NCBI RefSeq assembly: GCF_009914755.1
Contig: NC_060948.1
DNA length: 64,000 bases
Origin: the human T2T-CHM13v2.0 reference genome, Homo sapiens
Strand: one strand, 5' to 3'
Part shown: piece by piece, positions 29,236-45,689 of the stretch
Layout: each line of letters opens with the position of its first letter
Position numbering within the stretch: position 1 is the first letter of the stretch
Position numbers and translations under genes: made by a program
The notes under the pieces: model-generated
The model's input: the letters and a program-made list of their open reading frames with translations, nothing else
Told to the model about the DNA's origin: nothing
The model's database searches: none

Positions 29236-32200
29236 CATTACAGGCCAATATCCTTGATGAACACAAATGCAAAAATCTTCAACAAAATACTAACAACTCA
29301 AATTTAACAGCACATTATAATGATCATACACCATAATCAAATGGAAATTATCCCTGAGGTGCAAGAACAGTTCAACATACACAAATCAATAAATGAGATA
29401 CACTATATTAACAGAATGAAGGATAAAAATTATAGAATCATCTCAACAGATGCAGAAAAACAATTTGACAAGCTTTACCAAATTAGGTAAAGAAAAAATA
29501 TACCTCAACATAATGAATGTCAAATATGACAAGCTAACAGATAACATCATACTCCAGTGAAAAGCTGAAATCTTTTCTGTTAAGATCAGGAGCAAGGATG
29601 TCCACTCTTGCCACTGCTAGTCAACATAGTACTGGAAATCCTAGCCAGGGCAATGAGGCAAGAGAAAGAAATAAAAGGCATCCAAATTGAAAAGAAGAAG
29701 TAAAATTGTCTCTATTGGAAGATGACATAATCTTATATACACAACACTCTAAAAACTCTGCCAAAAAAATTACTAGAATGAATAAACGAATTCAGTAAAG
29801 TCACAGGGTACAAAATCAACAGGGAAAGATCAGATGCATTTCTATACACTAACAATGAACTCTCAAAAGGAGAAATTTTAAAAGCAATACCATTTACAGT
29901 TGGGTATTAGTCTCTTCTCATTCTGGTAATATAGACATACCTGAGATTAGGTAATTTATAAAGGAAAAGGTTTAATTGACTCACAGTTCAGCATGTCAAG
30001 GACTCAGGAAACTTACAATCATGGCAGAAGAGGAAGCAAACACATCCTTCTTCACATGGCAGCAGCAAGGAGAAGTGCCTGTGAAAAGGGGGAAAAGCCC
30101 TTATAAAACCATCAGATCTCGTGAGAATTCACTCACTGTCATGAGAACAGCAGGAAGGTAACCACCCCCATTATTAAATTACCTCCCACCAGGTCTCTCC
30201 CATGACACATGGGGATTATGGGAGCTACAGTTCAAGATGAGATTTAGGTGGGGACACAGCCAAACCATGTCATTCCACCCCGGCCCCTTCCAAATCTCAT
30301 GTCCTTATGTTTCAAAACAAAATCACACCCTTCCAACAGTCCTCCAATGCCTTAACTTATTCCTGTATTAAACCAAAAGTCCATGTCCAAAAGTCTTGTC
30401 TGAGACAAGGCAAGCCCCTTCTGCCTATGAGCCTGTAAAATCAAAAGCAAGTTAGTTACTACCTACATACAATGGGTCAACAGGTGTTGGGTAAATACAT
30501 CCATTCCAAATGGGAGAAGTTGGCTAAGAGAAAGGGGCTACAGGCCCCATGCAAGTCCAAAATCCAGTGGGGCAGTCAAATCTTAAAGTTCTAAAATGAT
30601 CTCCTTTGAATCCAAGTCTCACATACAAGGTGCTGATGCAAGAGGTGAGCTCTCAATGCCTTGGGCAGCTCCATCCCTGTGGCTTTGCAGGGTACAGCCC
30701 ACCATCCTGGCTGCAATAACAGGCTGGCAATGAGTGTCTGTGGGTTTTCCAGGTGCATGATGCAAGCTGTCAATGGATCTACTATTCTGGGATCTGGAAG
30801 ACTGTGGCCCTGTTCTCACGGCTCCAGTAGGCAATACCCCAGTGGAGACTCTTTTTGGGGCCTCTTACCCCACATTTCACTTCTGCACTGCACTAGCAGA
30901 GGTTCTCCATGAGAACTCCATCCCTGCAACACACCTGTGCCTGGATATCCAGGCATTTACATATATCTTTTAAAATCTAGATAGAAGTTCCCAAACCTCA
31001 ATTCTTGGCTTCTGTGCACCTGCAGGCCTAACATTATGTGTAAGCTGCCAACCCTTGGGGCTTGCACCCTCCAAAGTAACAGCCTGAGCTATATATTGGC
31101 CCCTTTTAATCATGGCTGGGACACAGGGCATCAAGTCCCAAGACTACAGAAAGCAGCAAGGCCTTGGGTCCAGCCAAAAAAAAAAAACATTTTTCCCCCT
31201 AAGCCTCTAGGCCTGTGATGGGAGGGGCTACTGTGAAGACCTCTGACATGTCCTGGAGACATTTTCTCCATTGTCATGGCAATTAACATTTGGCTCCCTT
31301 TTTACTTATGCGAATTCCTGCTGCCAGCTTGAATTTCTTATCAGAAAATGGGTTTTTCTTTTCTATAGCATCATCAGGCTGCAAATTTTCTGAACTTTTA
31401 TGTTTTGCTTCCCTTTTCAACATAAGTTCCAATTCCAAACCATATCTTTGTGAATACATAAAACTTAATGCTTTTAACAGCACCCAAATCACCTCTTGAA
31501 TGATTTACTACTTACAGATTTCTTTTCCTGGATACCCTAAATCATCTCTTTCAAGTTCAGAGTTTCACAGATCTCTAAGGTAGGGGCAAAATGCCACCAG
31601 TCTCTTTGCTAGAGCATAGCAAAAGTCACCTTTATTTTACTTCCCAACAAATTCCCCATTTCCATCTGAGATCACCTCAGCCTGGACTTCATTGTCCATA
31701 CCACTATCAGCATTTTAGTCAAAGCCATTCACCAAGTCTCTAGGAAGTTTCAAACTTTCCCACCTCTTTCTGTCTTCTTCTGAGCCCTCCAAGCTTTTCC
31801 AGCCTCTCCCTGTTACCCATTTCCAAAATCGCTTCCACATTTTCAGTTATTTTTACAGTAGCACCCCACTCCTGGTACCAATTTACTGTATTAGTCTGTT
31901 CTCACACTGCGAATAAGGACATACCAGAGACTGGGTCATTTGTAAAGGAAAAATATTTAATCAACTCACAGTTCAGCATGGCTGGAGAAGCCTCAGGAAA
32001 CTTACAATCATGGCAGAAGTAGAAGCGAACATGTCCTTCTTCACATGGTAACAGCAAGGTGAAGTGCCAAGCGAAACAAGGAAAAGCCCCTTATAAAACC
32101 ATCAGATCTTGTGAGAACTCACTCACCATCACGAGAACAACATGAGGGTAACCAACCTCATGATTAAGTTACCTCCCACTGGGTCCCTCCCACATCATGT

Positions 32201-32565
32201 AGGGATTATGGGAACTACAATTCAAGATGAGTTTTGTCTGGGGACACAGCCAAACCATATCAAGCAACATCAAAATTAATAAATTTAGGGGCAAATTTAA
32301 CCAAGGGAGATGAAAGATCTCTACACTGAAAACTATAATGCATCAGTGAAAGAAATTAAAGAAGACATTAATAAATAGATATCCTGTGTTCTTAAATTGA
32401 AAGAATTAATATTGTTAAAATGTCCATACCATCCAAAGCAATCTATGGATTCAGTGCAAGTCCTATCAAAATGCCAATGTTACTTTTCACAGAAATATAA
32501 AAAAGAATTCTAAAATTCATATGGAACCACCAAGGACCCAGACTAGCCAATGCAAACTTGAGAAA
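29236..32565 (+). mobile_element. L1M ORF2 RT segment (probable inverted 5' part of the 27345-29235 element), split by THE1
   Basis: tacaggccaatatccttgatgaacacaaatgcaaaaatc...gaagatgacataatc...; resumes at 32263 and ends ctagccaatgcaaacttgagaaa. Confidence 0.78.
29903..32262 (-). mobile_element. Complete THE1 (THE1C-like) MaLR: LTR 29903-30272, internal 30273-31886, LTR 31887-32262
   Basis: Two ~370-bp direct repeats (gtattagtc...acacagccaaaccat.tca) around a ~1.6-kb THE1-int sequence. Confidence 0.92.
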
Positions 32566-34041
32566 CACTGTTTTGTTAGCAGGTCTATTATATAGTTATC
32601 AGAGTCTTGCCTAAGACTTGTTATTTATATTGCAAGGTTTTATCCAACTCTTCAGCTAGAAAGAATGCATGTCGTGTTAACCTGATGGTGCTATGTTATA
32701 TTAATGAACAATATCATTTCTTATTTGAAACCTTAGTTATTATGGCTGCATGAAGATCAAGATCACTTAGGAAGAAAACCATGATGTAACGTTACACTAT
32801 TGAGCATCACAGTCTTTGAATTAAAATAATACTTTTACATTATCTTTTCTAATTGAAAATGCTCCTGCTAAAGTGTGGGGTTTTCTTTCCAGATTTTCCT
32901 CCATCAGCAGGACTTACATGTGCTTTGTTTAGAGAGCTGACAGTTTGTACTAGAGCATACTACAGCTGTGCCTCTCTGGCCTAGCAACATGTGGTGTCAG
33001 ATGATCTTTAATGACTAGGGTACGGGCTTCAACACTTAGAATCTTTAGGAACAGCAGACAGCTCTTGAAAACAGGAGACATACATAAGGGCAGAGCTGAA
33101 GGAAACTGCTAGCGTTTAGTTTAAATGGTGCCAAACCTTACAATCATTTGTGGGTCACTGAGTTTTTTATCTTTTTACAGCTGTTTTTGAGTATCAGTGA
33201 CAGATAATTTGTAATAGCATTAACATTTTAACAATGCATGAAAAAAGGAAGTATTTTCTTTACTTTTGCATTCAGTAATTTAATGTACATTCAGCTCTTT
33301 AAAAGAACAGAGGATAAACTTAAAGTTATTGGAACTAGAGGAAAGTTACGACAATCCTTTATTTTAATGACTTATAATGGAAGTGGGAGATAATATAAAA
33401 GACAATGCATGAGAAAGCTGAATATGGAATAATAATAGAAATTACAGTGGTTAAGAAGATTGTTTTTAATTTATCCTGTTTGACAGAGTAAGTTACATTT
33501 GAGAGCACACAAGAGTAGAAAAGTTCATTCATACAAACACTGTGTATCACACAATGTATTATTTTTGTATGTCAAGCATGCAGGTGGGCCCTTGAAAATT
33601 CCATTTTTGACTTCTTTTTTTTTCCTTTTTATTCACAGCCAAAATAACAATTAGAGGCCATGTACATTAGATGTGCAATTCCCAGCTCTGGCTTTGTTGA
33701 CAGCAGACATTAGGTAGAGTGGAGTGTCTTCTAGACACACTTGTGAGTTAAACTTAATTTATAGAGGAGGGAACAATTAAGGGACTTGACAATGAAGTCA
33801 TTTTTACAATTTATGAAACCTGATTTCTTTGTCCCAGCTTAAGATGAATTGACTCTCCATTGATGTTTCTTTATATCTATCTCTTAATAAAAGATCTTGT
33901 TCAATTAATAAAATTCTTTAAACAACTATTAGCTATCACTTTAAGAAGTTAAACATTGGCTTACAAGAGAAAGGAAGTCTATTAAAACCATACATTTGAT
34001 TTTCTCTAATTTTTAGAAGCCCACATTTTGTCAGTTGAAAG

Positions 34042-34501
34042 TGTCCGCAAAACAGCAGGGGTTTGGTCTAGGTTCTGCTACTCACTGCACAGAAAGCCAA
34101 TGACTGAGATGACAAGTATTACCAAGGAGGAAGGAAGAAGGCTTTAATTGGGTGCTGCAGCCAAGGAGATGGGAGCTCAGTCTTAAATCCCTCTCCTTGA
34201 CTGTCTAAAATTAGGTTTTTATATAGTGGGGAAGAAATGTAACAATATTAGAAGATAGGAACTAGAGAGGGGCAAGGAAACAATCATGATGAATGAGGGA
34301 TCTGGCATCTCATTATCTGGATGCTCTGATCTGGTGAGTTTCAGTTCTTTGATTTTTTTTTTTTTCTGAGAGGCCTGAACATCATTTCCTGAGGAAGGAA
34401 TGCAGATAAAACAAATATAAGTTTCAAGCTTTAAGACCAGAAGGATCAATATCTATGTTTACCCAAAAACAACTGTCTGTGGGACTATTGGGTCAGTTTC
34501 A
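34042..34501 (-). mobile_element. ERV1-class solo LTR (MER66-like; subfamily uncertain)
   Basis: Minus strand begins TGAAACTGACCCAATAGTCCC...CTGGTCTTAAAGCTTGAAACTT and ends ...GCGGACA; imperfect 4-bp TSD aaag/agag. Confidence 0.7.
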
Positions 34502-34618
34502 AGAGAATGAATTTCAAGAGAAAGAATATTTGATGCTTTTGGAGGCAAAATTAACTTATTCAGAATACTATTTCCTAGAATATAAAGAGATGTGTTATTC
34601 AACTAAAGAATAGTTTGT

Positions 34619-34963
34619 GTTCTCACTCATAAGTGGGAGTTGAACAATGAGAACGCATGGACACAGGCAGGGGAACATCACACACCGGGGCCTGTCGGGG
34701 GTGGGGGCTGGGGGAGGGATAGCATTAGGAGAAATGCCTAATGTCAATGACGAGTTGATGGGTGCAGCAAACCAACACGGCACATGTATACCTGTGTAAC
34801 ATACCTGCACGTTGTGCACATGTACCCCAGAACTTAAAGTAAAATTTAAAAAATAAATAAAATAATAAAATTGCCTTTCAAAAAACAAAAAAAGAAATAT
34901 TGAAAAGCTACCCAGTATTTTAACAGGCACGTATTTTTAAAATAAATTTTATTGCATAAAAAA
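34619..34963 (+). mobile_element. 5'-truncated L1PA7/8-like 3' end carrying a 3' transduction
   Basis: L1 3'UTR to ~34840, A-rich tail to 34870, non-L1 segment, second poly-A; 14-bp TSD AAAGAATAGTTTGT at 34605-34618 and 34964-34977. Confidence 0.88.
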
Positions 34964-34995
34964 AAAGAATAGTTTGTTGGGTGAAAGGGAATTAA

Positions 34996-35333
34996 TTTTA
35001 TTTTATTATTTTTAAATTTTACTTTAAGTTCCAGGATACATGTGCAGACCGTGCAGGTTTGTCACATAGCTATACATGTGCCATGGTGGTTTGCTGCACC
35101 TATCAGCCTGTCATCTGGCTTTTAAGCCCCGCATACATTAAATATTTGTCCTAATGCTCTCCTTCTCCTCAACCCCCACCCCCCACCCCCCGACTGGCCC
35201 CAATGTGTGTTGTTCCCATTTCTGTGTCCATGTGTTCTGATTGTTCAACCCCCACTTATGAGTAAGAACATGCGGTGTTTGGTTTTCTGTTCCTGTGTTA
35301 GTTTGCTGAGGATGATGGCTTCCAGCTTCATCC
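34996..35333 (-). mobile_element. L1PA8-like 3' end
   Basis: tactttaagttccaggatacatgtgcag...ttttaagccccgcatacatta...gatgatggcttccagcttcatcca. Confidence 0.85.
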
Positions 35334-35450
35334 AAGGAGAGATGTTGGAAGGGACCTATTTAGTGTCATTGTTTTCTCCCCTTTTTTTGTCTGTTACCAG
35401 TGTGTAGTTGTTAGGATGCTGTGAACAGGCTGTATGAGAATGCTCTAAGA

Positions 35451-35800
35451 CAGGGGTCCCCAAACCGTGGGCCATGGACCGGTACCTATCCATGGCCTGT
35501 TAGGAACCAGGCTGCACAGCAGGAGGTGAGCAGTGGCAAGCGCGCATTACCGCCTGAACTTCACCTCCTGTCAGATCAGCAGCGTCATTAAATTCTCACA
35601 GGAGCTCAAACCCTATTGTGAACTGCTCAAAGGATCTAGATTGTGCACTTCTTATGAGAAATCTAGCTAATGCCTAATTATCTGAGGTGGAATAGTTTCA
35701 TCCTGAAACCATTATCCACCCACCCACCCCCACTCTCCAACCATGGAAAATTGTCTTCTACGAAACCAGTCCCTGGTGCCAAAAAGGTTGGGGACCACTG
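35451..35800 (+). mobile_element. MER1B (hAT-Charlie non-autonomous DNA transposon)
   Basis: Terminal inverted repeats caggggtccccaa / ttggggaccactg; body gcctgttaggaaccaggctgcacagcaggaggtgagc. Confidence 0.88.
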
Positions 35801-36104
35801 TGGTAGGAGAAGGAGATAAGCAGAAATATTTCCTTGTTTCCAACTGAGCGTTCAACCTTCCCAGAGAGCTGACAAAGTAGAAAAAAGGAAGACCCCCCCT
35901 AGCAACATCATATGAGTACAAATTTTAAATTTAAGAGTACTTTATTCTGTTGTCTCTATTTATACAGATTAATATTTAACTTTTTAATAACTATATTAGC
36001 AGGAACAACTTAGTTGTACAACAAATCTCTCAAAATAATACTGCTTGTTATAATTTAAAGAGCATCTTTATATTCTCTTCTTTCATTAACAAGGCTGAAA
36101 GGAA

Positions 36105-36215
36105 ATATTACTCTGATTTTAGTGATGAGAAATTTATACTCAGAGATTTAGCCTTTTCACCCAGCTAATAAAGGGTAATGCCAGAACTTGAACAATGTCT
36201 TCTGAATGCGAGCCA
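36105..36215 (-). mobile_element. MIR fragment
   Basis: attttagtgatgagaaatt...cagaga...cagaacttgaac degenerate MIR core. Confidence 0.45.
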
Positions 36216-36587
36216 TTTGCTTTTGTTTCACGTCTGGTTCTATAAAGTGAATTGCAGTTTTGAGTAGTGCAGTGAATTGAAAAGCAAGCCTTCAAATATG
36301 AGTTGATTTTTAAGAATCAACTCTTCACTGTAATAGAAAATCTTCACATTTATTTTTTAAAATTTGATTACACAACATAGTAGGGTTTTTTCCTGCAGAG
36401 TGGATTTAGGATGAAAGGTTAAGTTTTCTTTATATTTCCTTCTGTGCTGTTTTAATATTTTTTTCAATAGGTTCACACTGTTAAGTACTTATATTCAAAC
36501 AATAAAATAACAATAGAAATATTTCAGATTTGTAAATAGTCTTTTTCTCTCCCAAAATACCACCACATTTGTAATTTTTTCTTTAGT

Positions 36588-36712
36588 TTGTTATCCTGTC
36601 TCACAGTTAAAGCGACTGAGTCACAAGCAAATAAAGAGTGTTGGCCAACGTCTCATGGCTAGTTTGTGTACAGCACAAATCTCAGGTTCCTGATTTTAGG
36701 CTAGAGCTCTTT
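36588..36712 (-). mobile_element. MIR fragment
   Basis: ttatcctgtctcacagttaaagcgactgagtcaca degenerate MIR core. Confidence 0.4.
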
Positions 36713-37695
36713 GGACAGCAAAAGTGATTTATTTATTTTTCTTTCAAATATCCCCTCTTTTAGTCTTAGCTTAATTTTTCTGAGGCTAATAAGACTTTAT
36801 AATAATGCATTTCAGGTATGCTTAACCATTTATCATTACATGTTACAGAATGACCTGATGACATGAAAAGTGTGCATGTATCTTTTAAGAAGTTTTTTCA
36901 ACTCCAGAAGAACTTATCAATTTGCAAATGTCTAATTCACCATGCCACATTGAAATATTGCAATAAAACATTGTGATTTATAACACCATATTGTTATAAA
37001 TCTAAAAATGGGTGACTTAGTTTAGTCATATTTTGTAGGTTCAAATGCAACATATATGTATAACATGGAATTATTGTTAATGTTGGTAGACATCAATGCA
37101 GCTTAGAACTAAAAAAAGGCACGTCTTAATTTCTCTTAGAAAGTCCGAAATCTTACTTTTAGCAATGAAGTTTCACATCCTAATTGAAATATAAACAGAA
37201 AAGATGTGTGTTTTCTTTCCCAGCTCTTTTCCATTTGCATGATTATAGATTCTGACAGACGCAAAATATTTATGTATTCAGTGACACCTCTTTTAATTAA
37301 AACACTATACAGTATGAGGGTATAATACCAGACCTCTCATTATTACCCAAAGGAATGTAGTTGGTATAAAAAATAGTTGGTTAAAAAGTGATTACCTCAG
37401 AAAGGGTGGCTTAATTATATGAGCATTTGCTTGACTCTGGAGAATACTTTGCAAGCCCAAGGACAACATTTACAAGTATAACCACAACTTTTCTTGTACC
37501 AATTTACACTATAAAATTAGTATCCAAACAAGTCTTTGCTCACTTTATGTGGATTACTTGGAAAATAGTGTCTTGTTAGATTAAAAAAAAAGTGATTGTT
37601 TAAAAAAGTAGCATCACATTAGTAAAATTCAAGATATTGTTTAGAATTTACTAAGCGTCAAGGTAGTGAAGATGATCAAAGAAGGATCACCATAC

Positions 37696-38013
37696 GCTAG
37701 ACATGGTGGCTCACACCAGTAATGCCAACACTTTGGGAGTCTGAAGGTGGGAGGGTCGCTTGAGCCCAGGAGTTTAGAACAGCCTGGGCAACATAGCGAG
37801 ACTCTTTCTCTACAAAAAATAAAAAATTACCAGGGCGTGGTGGTATGCTCCTGTGTCCCAACTACTCGGGAGCCTGAAGTGGAAGGATCACTTGAGCTTA
37901 GGTGGTTGAGGCTGCAGTGAGCAGTGACTGTGCCACTGCACTGCAACCTGGGTGACTGAGTCACCCTTGTCTCAAAAAAAAAAAAAAAAAAAAAGGAAAA
38001 AAGCAAAAGCAAA
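37696..38013 (+). mobile_element. AluJ
   Basis: J motifs (cgcttgagcccaggagtt, gaggctgcagtgagc); poly-A; degenerate TSD aagaaggatcac/aaagggatcat. Confidence 0.92.
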
Positions 38014-38155
38014 AGGGATCATCGTGTTTGGCAGCATGGCTTGGTGGAGAGTGCGGCCTAGAATCCTGATTCCGCCAGTTCTTTTTATGTGACTTGGGTA
38101 ATTTATTGAATCCCACTAAGGTTCAGCTTCCTCATTTGTAAAATAAGTAAAATAA

Positions 38156-38681
38156 TGTGTCCGGAATTGGTTCTTTCCGGTGGGTTCTTGGTCTCGCTGA
38201 GTTCAAGAAGCTGCAGACCTTCACAGTGAGTGTTACAGCTCTTTAAGGCGGTGTGGACCCAAAAAGTGAGCAGCAGCAAGATTTACTGCGCACAGTGAAA
38301 GAACAAAGCTTCCACCACGTGGAAGGGGACCCCAGCGGGTTGCCACTGCTGGCGAGGGTGGCCTGCTTTTATTGCCTTATTTGGCCCCACCCACATCCTG
38401 CTGATTGGTCCATTTTACAGAGAGCTGATTGATCCATTTTACAGAATGCTGATTGGTCCATTTTGACAGCGTGCTGATTGGTGTATTTACAATCCTTTAG
38501 CTAGATAGAAAAGTTCTCCAAGTCCCCTACCCGATTAGTTAGACACAGAGCCCTGATTGGTGCGTTTACAAACCTTTAACTAGACACAGAATGCTGATTG
38601 GTGTGTTTACAATCTTTTAGCTAGACAGAAAAGTTCTCCAAGTCTCCACCCAACCCAGAAGCCCAGCCACTTCACCTCTCA
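38156..38681 (-). mobile_element. LTR12 (ERV9; LTR12F-like) solo LTR
   Basis: tgtgtccggaattggttc..ggtgggttcttggtctcgctga...ttcacctctca; perfect 4-bp TSD ATAA at 38152-38155 and 38682-38685. Confidence 0.92.
38365..38605 (-). promoter_or_regulatory. LTR12 CCAAT-box (NF-Y) array plus AATAAAAG TATA-like element
   Basis: Five intact ctgATTGG motifs plus degenerate copies upstream of gcttttattgcc; known ERV9 LTR promoter layout; activity not shown. Confidence 0.6.
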
Positions 38682-40035
38682 ATAATACCTCTCTTACTTG
38701 GCTTTAATGAAAATTAGCAATAAGATAAAAGTTCCTAGTGCAGCACCTCATAGTGCAGCCGCTCCTAGGCACTGAATAAAGTTAGTTCTGATGATTATTC
38801 TGCCTTTCGAAAACTTCAGGTGCAATAAAAAATGATGCAACAGGAAAATATTCAGGTTCTGCATCTAAAAATTAAGATATAGTGATACGTACCTTACTGA
38901 AATAGGGTGATATGGTGAAGCACCTAACACAATGTTGGACCTCATAAGCTTTCAATGATTGTTCATTACTTTCAGATTTTCAATGAGCTATAAAGACAAA
39001 ATGCAAATGAAATTGAAAGGCATTGTCAACCATAGCGTCATGCAGATGCTACTTAATATAACTTTAAAATACATAGAAATTTTAATAAGTTTGTTCCCTT
39101 AGGAAAATAGCTAAGGAAAAATGCATAATTACCTGCTCTTTACTTATTTTCACTATTTAATAAAGCATTACAGGAAAGGTAAGAGTTGTATAGCTCAAGT
39201 AAGCAAAGAAAGCTTTCTTTTCTTTTTGATTTTGCACTTGGGGAATTTTTCTTGATCTTCTTCTTCAAAAGGAGCAGAGAATTCATTTATGTGTACCTGG
39301 GGTCTTGATTATTACAAAAAAAAAGAAGAAACTGAACAACTTTGCATACTTTAGTAAAACAAAATAATTCAATTAAGCTTATTCAGGGCATCTTGGTGTT
39401 TTAGCAAAGTTGAAAAGGACACTTGACTCTTGTTAAGGGGAGCTCTGTAGACATTTATGTCTGGGGGAATATGTTACTCAGTTTGCAGCATGATAATAAG
39501 CTCTAAACCAGGGAACTATATCAGTTGCATAGACAATGAATCCAGTCTGGAAGATAAATTGTTCACTGAGGGTAAGGTGGCTGAATTTCTGATATAAGTG
39601 GCCATATAATCATGAGAGCTTTACCTCTAATAAAAACATATATTTGGTTCTTAAAAAACAGTCACCTTATCTTTAATGAGCAATTTGACTTTTAGGCTTA
39701 ATGCATTAGTCTCTTAAGTGACAAATTTTTGTCTGTGCTAACAACTAGTTGGCAGAATTTTGACAGTGAACAGAAGCTGTCAGACAAACCCATAATATTT
39801 CCTCCAGTAGCTGATCTGTTCAATTTCAAGCATTGAAAGCTTATGTAAAACATGGAGAGAACTTGTTTTATGGTTTCTGGGATAATTTTTTTATATTGCT
39901 TGATAAGCTCTAAATGAACAAGTATCTACATGTAAGACATACTTTAGAAATAAAACTACCTGAAATGGTGGTTGCCAGCATTTGAGAGTTGGGGTATTGG
40001 GGAGATGTTTGTCAAAGGACACAAACTTTTAATTA

Positions 40036-41538
<1,503 letters not shown>

Positions 41539-41626
41539 AAAATTGCTGGTGACAGATTGTAAGTGTTCTCACCACACAAAAAATGATAAGTATGTGAGCT
41601 AATGTGTGTTAAATAGCTTGATTTAG

Positions 41627-42115
<489 letters not shown>

Positions 42116-42439
42116 TAGGAGAAAACTTTTTATAAATCTGGAAAAAAATATTTTTTTATATAATAGCAAAGCTTTAAGAATGTTAAAATGTAAATGGATG
42201 ACTGATTAACTGTATATCAGTGTCAGCCAGTTATACATGATTTATTTTTATTAATTGTAGATAAATCTCACCATTATCTATACATGATTTACTTAGATAT
42301 TTATATATTAATTATCTTGAGAAATATATAAAAGCTCTCATTAAAGAAAAATCATCAATTTTGTGTTAAGTGACAGTGAGTGCAAAGTATAGAGACTGTT
42401 AGAAATTGATAACCTTTGTGGTGCACCATAAATGGGATT

Positions 42440-43860
<1,421 letters not shown>

Positions 43861-44127
43861 AGGTAGTTTACTGACTTGTGAGAACAACATCAATATCCAA
43901 ATGAAAGAAGACACTTAAATGCTATCAATAATAGACAGCTTAAGACTGGGAGTCACAATCTTATGGCCCACTGCCCACATGTAGACAGAGATGGGCTTTG
44001 AGAGGCAGTCTTTAGGAAAAAAAAATTGATTGTGAAGGCTATTGGGAGATATGTACTCTCTTATTAGCCATAGACCCATCATGTCATATTATTTTATATT
44101 TGAGGGTCTTTACATATTTATTATTTT

Positions 44128-44292
44128 CTTTTCGTTGTTGTTTTTGAGACTGGGTCCCACTCTGTCGCCCAGGCTGTAGTGCAGTGGTGCGATCAGGGCT
44201 AACTGTAGCCTCAACCTCCCAGGCTCAAGTAATCCTCCCACCTCACCCTTCTGAGTAGCTGGGACTACAGGCATGCGCCACCACACCTGGCT
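44128..44292 (-). mobile_element. Alu right-arm monomer (FRAM or 5'-truncated AluJ)
   Basis: Single arm flanked by TSD catatttat(t/g)atttt at 44113-44127 and 44293-44307. Confidence 0.85.
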
Positions 44293-45689
44293 CATATTTA
44301 TGATTTTTGCTAGGCTCCTGAAACAGCATGGCTGCCTTGAATTTGTGACCCCTGGTTATTAAGTGTGTTTTTGCTTTGGCACAGGAAAAAAATAAAATAG
44401 ATGTAATTTTGATAGCACAGTTATTTTCATTATTATGTAGATGTATAAGAGACTTGGATTTCCAGCTCAGGATAATTGAATTTTTCATCCAAATTGATGT
44501 TCCTCTTCAAGGCCAGACATACTTTCTTTCTTCTATAAGGGTATTGAATGATAGACTTTTTGTTAGAACTCTTGGTTTGCTATTTGGCCTTTCCTAATCT
44601 CTCTTCAAAAAAGAGAGATCTGAACACAGAGGTTAAATGTCTTGCACAGCAAATGGCTAGCTGTGATATGACCAAGACTCTTAACTTCTCACTCAGCCCT
44701 GAAGATTATATTGGTCTTCTGATGTGAAGTTTACTGTTCTTTCTTTTATGCTATCTAGCCACTTGTTCAGTTAGCTTATTCATTAATCACCGATACATAT
44801 GAGACATTCTATATTTATGCCAGTAATACATGTAAATTGCAGCCATTTTTAAAACCAGGAAATGCACTTAAATTGTGTGTTTAAATTTATCAGAATCACA
44901 TATGGTGCTTTTTACCACTTATAGTAGTTTTTAAGATTATATTTATCCATATTACCTCCGTAATTATTTGTGATCAGGTTAGCTTAAGTGAAGAAAAGCC
45001 ATATTAATGCTCCACTTTGGTTTTGAGATAACTACTGGTATTCAATCCATTATTCTTATCCATTAGAATTCCTCTTTTGTCCAGAAATTGTTCAACCCTT
45101 AGAATCAAGTATCTGTACTTCCTCATTTATGTTTCCCTCACTCCAAGTCTAAGTAGACACCATGTCTGCATCCTTTCCTGCCACACTACGGTTGTAGGAA
45201 ATATATCTATTTAGATATAAGTTGCAAGAGTAAGAAGGTTAATTGTATAAAATTATCATAGAGTTGTAATTGAAAATCTCTTTTAACAAATAAAAAGAAA
45301 ATCACTTCTAATTATATAGTCTGTTGGCCTCTTGTCATTGCTGTAGCATGGTTGTTTATTTTGTGTTTTTGCCCAGGTGCTTAATTCAGCCACTGTCAGT
45401 CTTACAAAAATAGATAACTGTACAAATAAAACAGCTTCTGACTAAGACTAGCTAATTTTCTTTATTGCTAGACCCAAATTATTTTCAATATGTTAAAGAA
45501 AGAAATACCCCAAACCACATTGACTTATAACTGTATCTATGCAGGATTTTGTTTCAATGGCAGTGTAGAAGGGGCAAAGACTTCTCTCTTGCTTTCTCCT
45601 TAGCTATGAGTGAACTGAGTCAATGAGCACATGTTAAGCATTTGTAGTGAATATCCTGATTTCCTAGTGATTCAGAAGTAGCAGGAACA

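Larger units (their letters stand above)
38030..38790 (+). mobile_element. MIR split by LTR12
   Basis: tgtgacttgggtaatttattgaatcc..cagcttcctcatttgtaaaat, then ataatacct... resumes after the LTR. Confidence 0.65.

Noticed and set aside
30273-31886. Short ORFs in the THE1 internal region as retroviral genes
   Set aside because: Fragmented and non-autonomous MaLR internal sequence; no pol or env motifs
39090-39185. Possible exon (ttgttcccttag ... gaaag|gtaaga)
   Set aside because: Splice-like motifs are common in AT-rich DNA; no coding signal or partner exons can be supported
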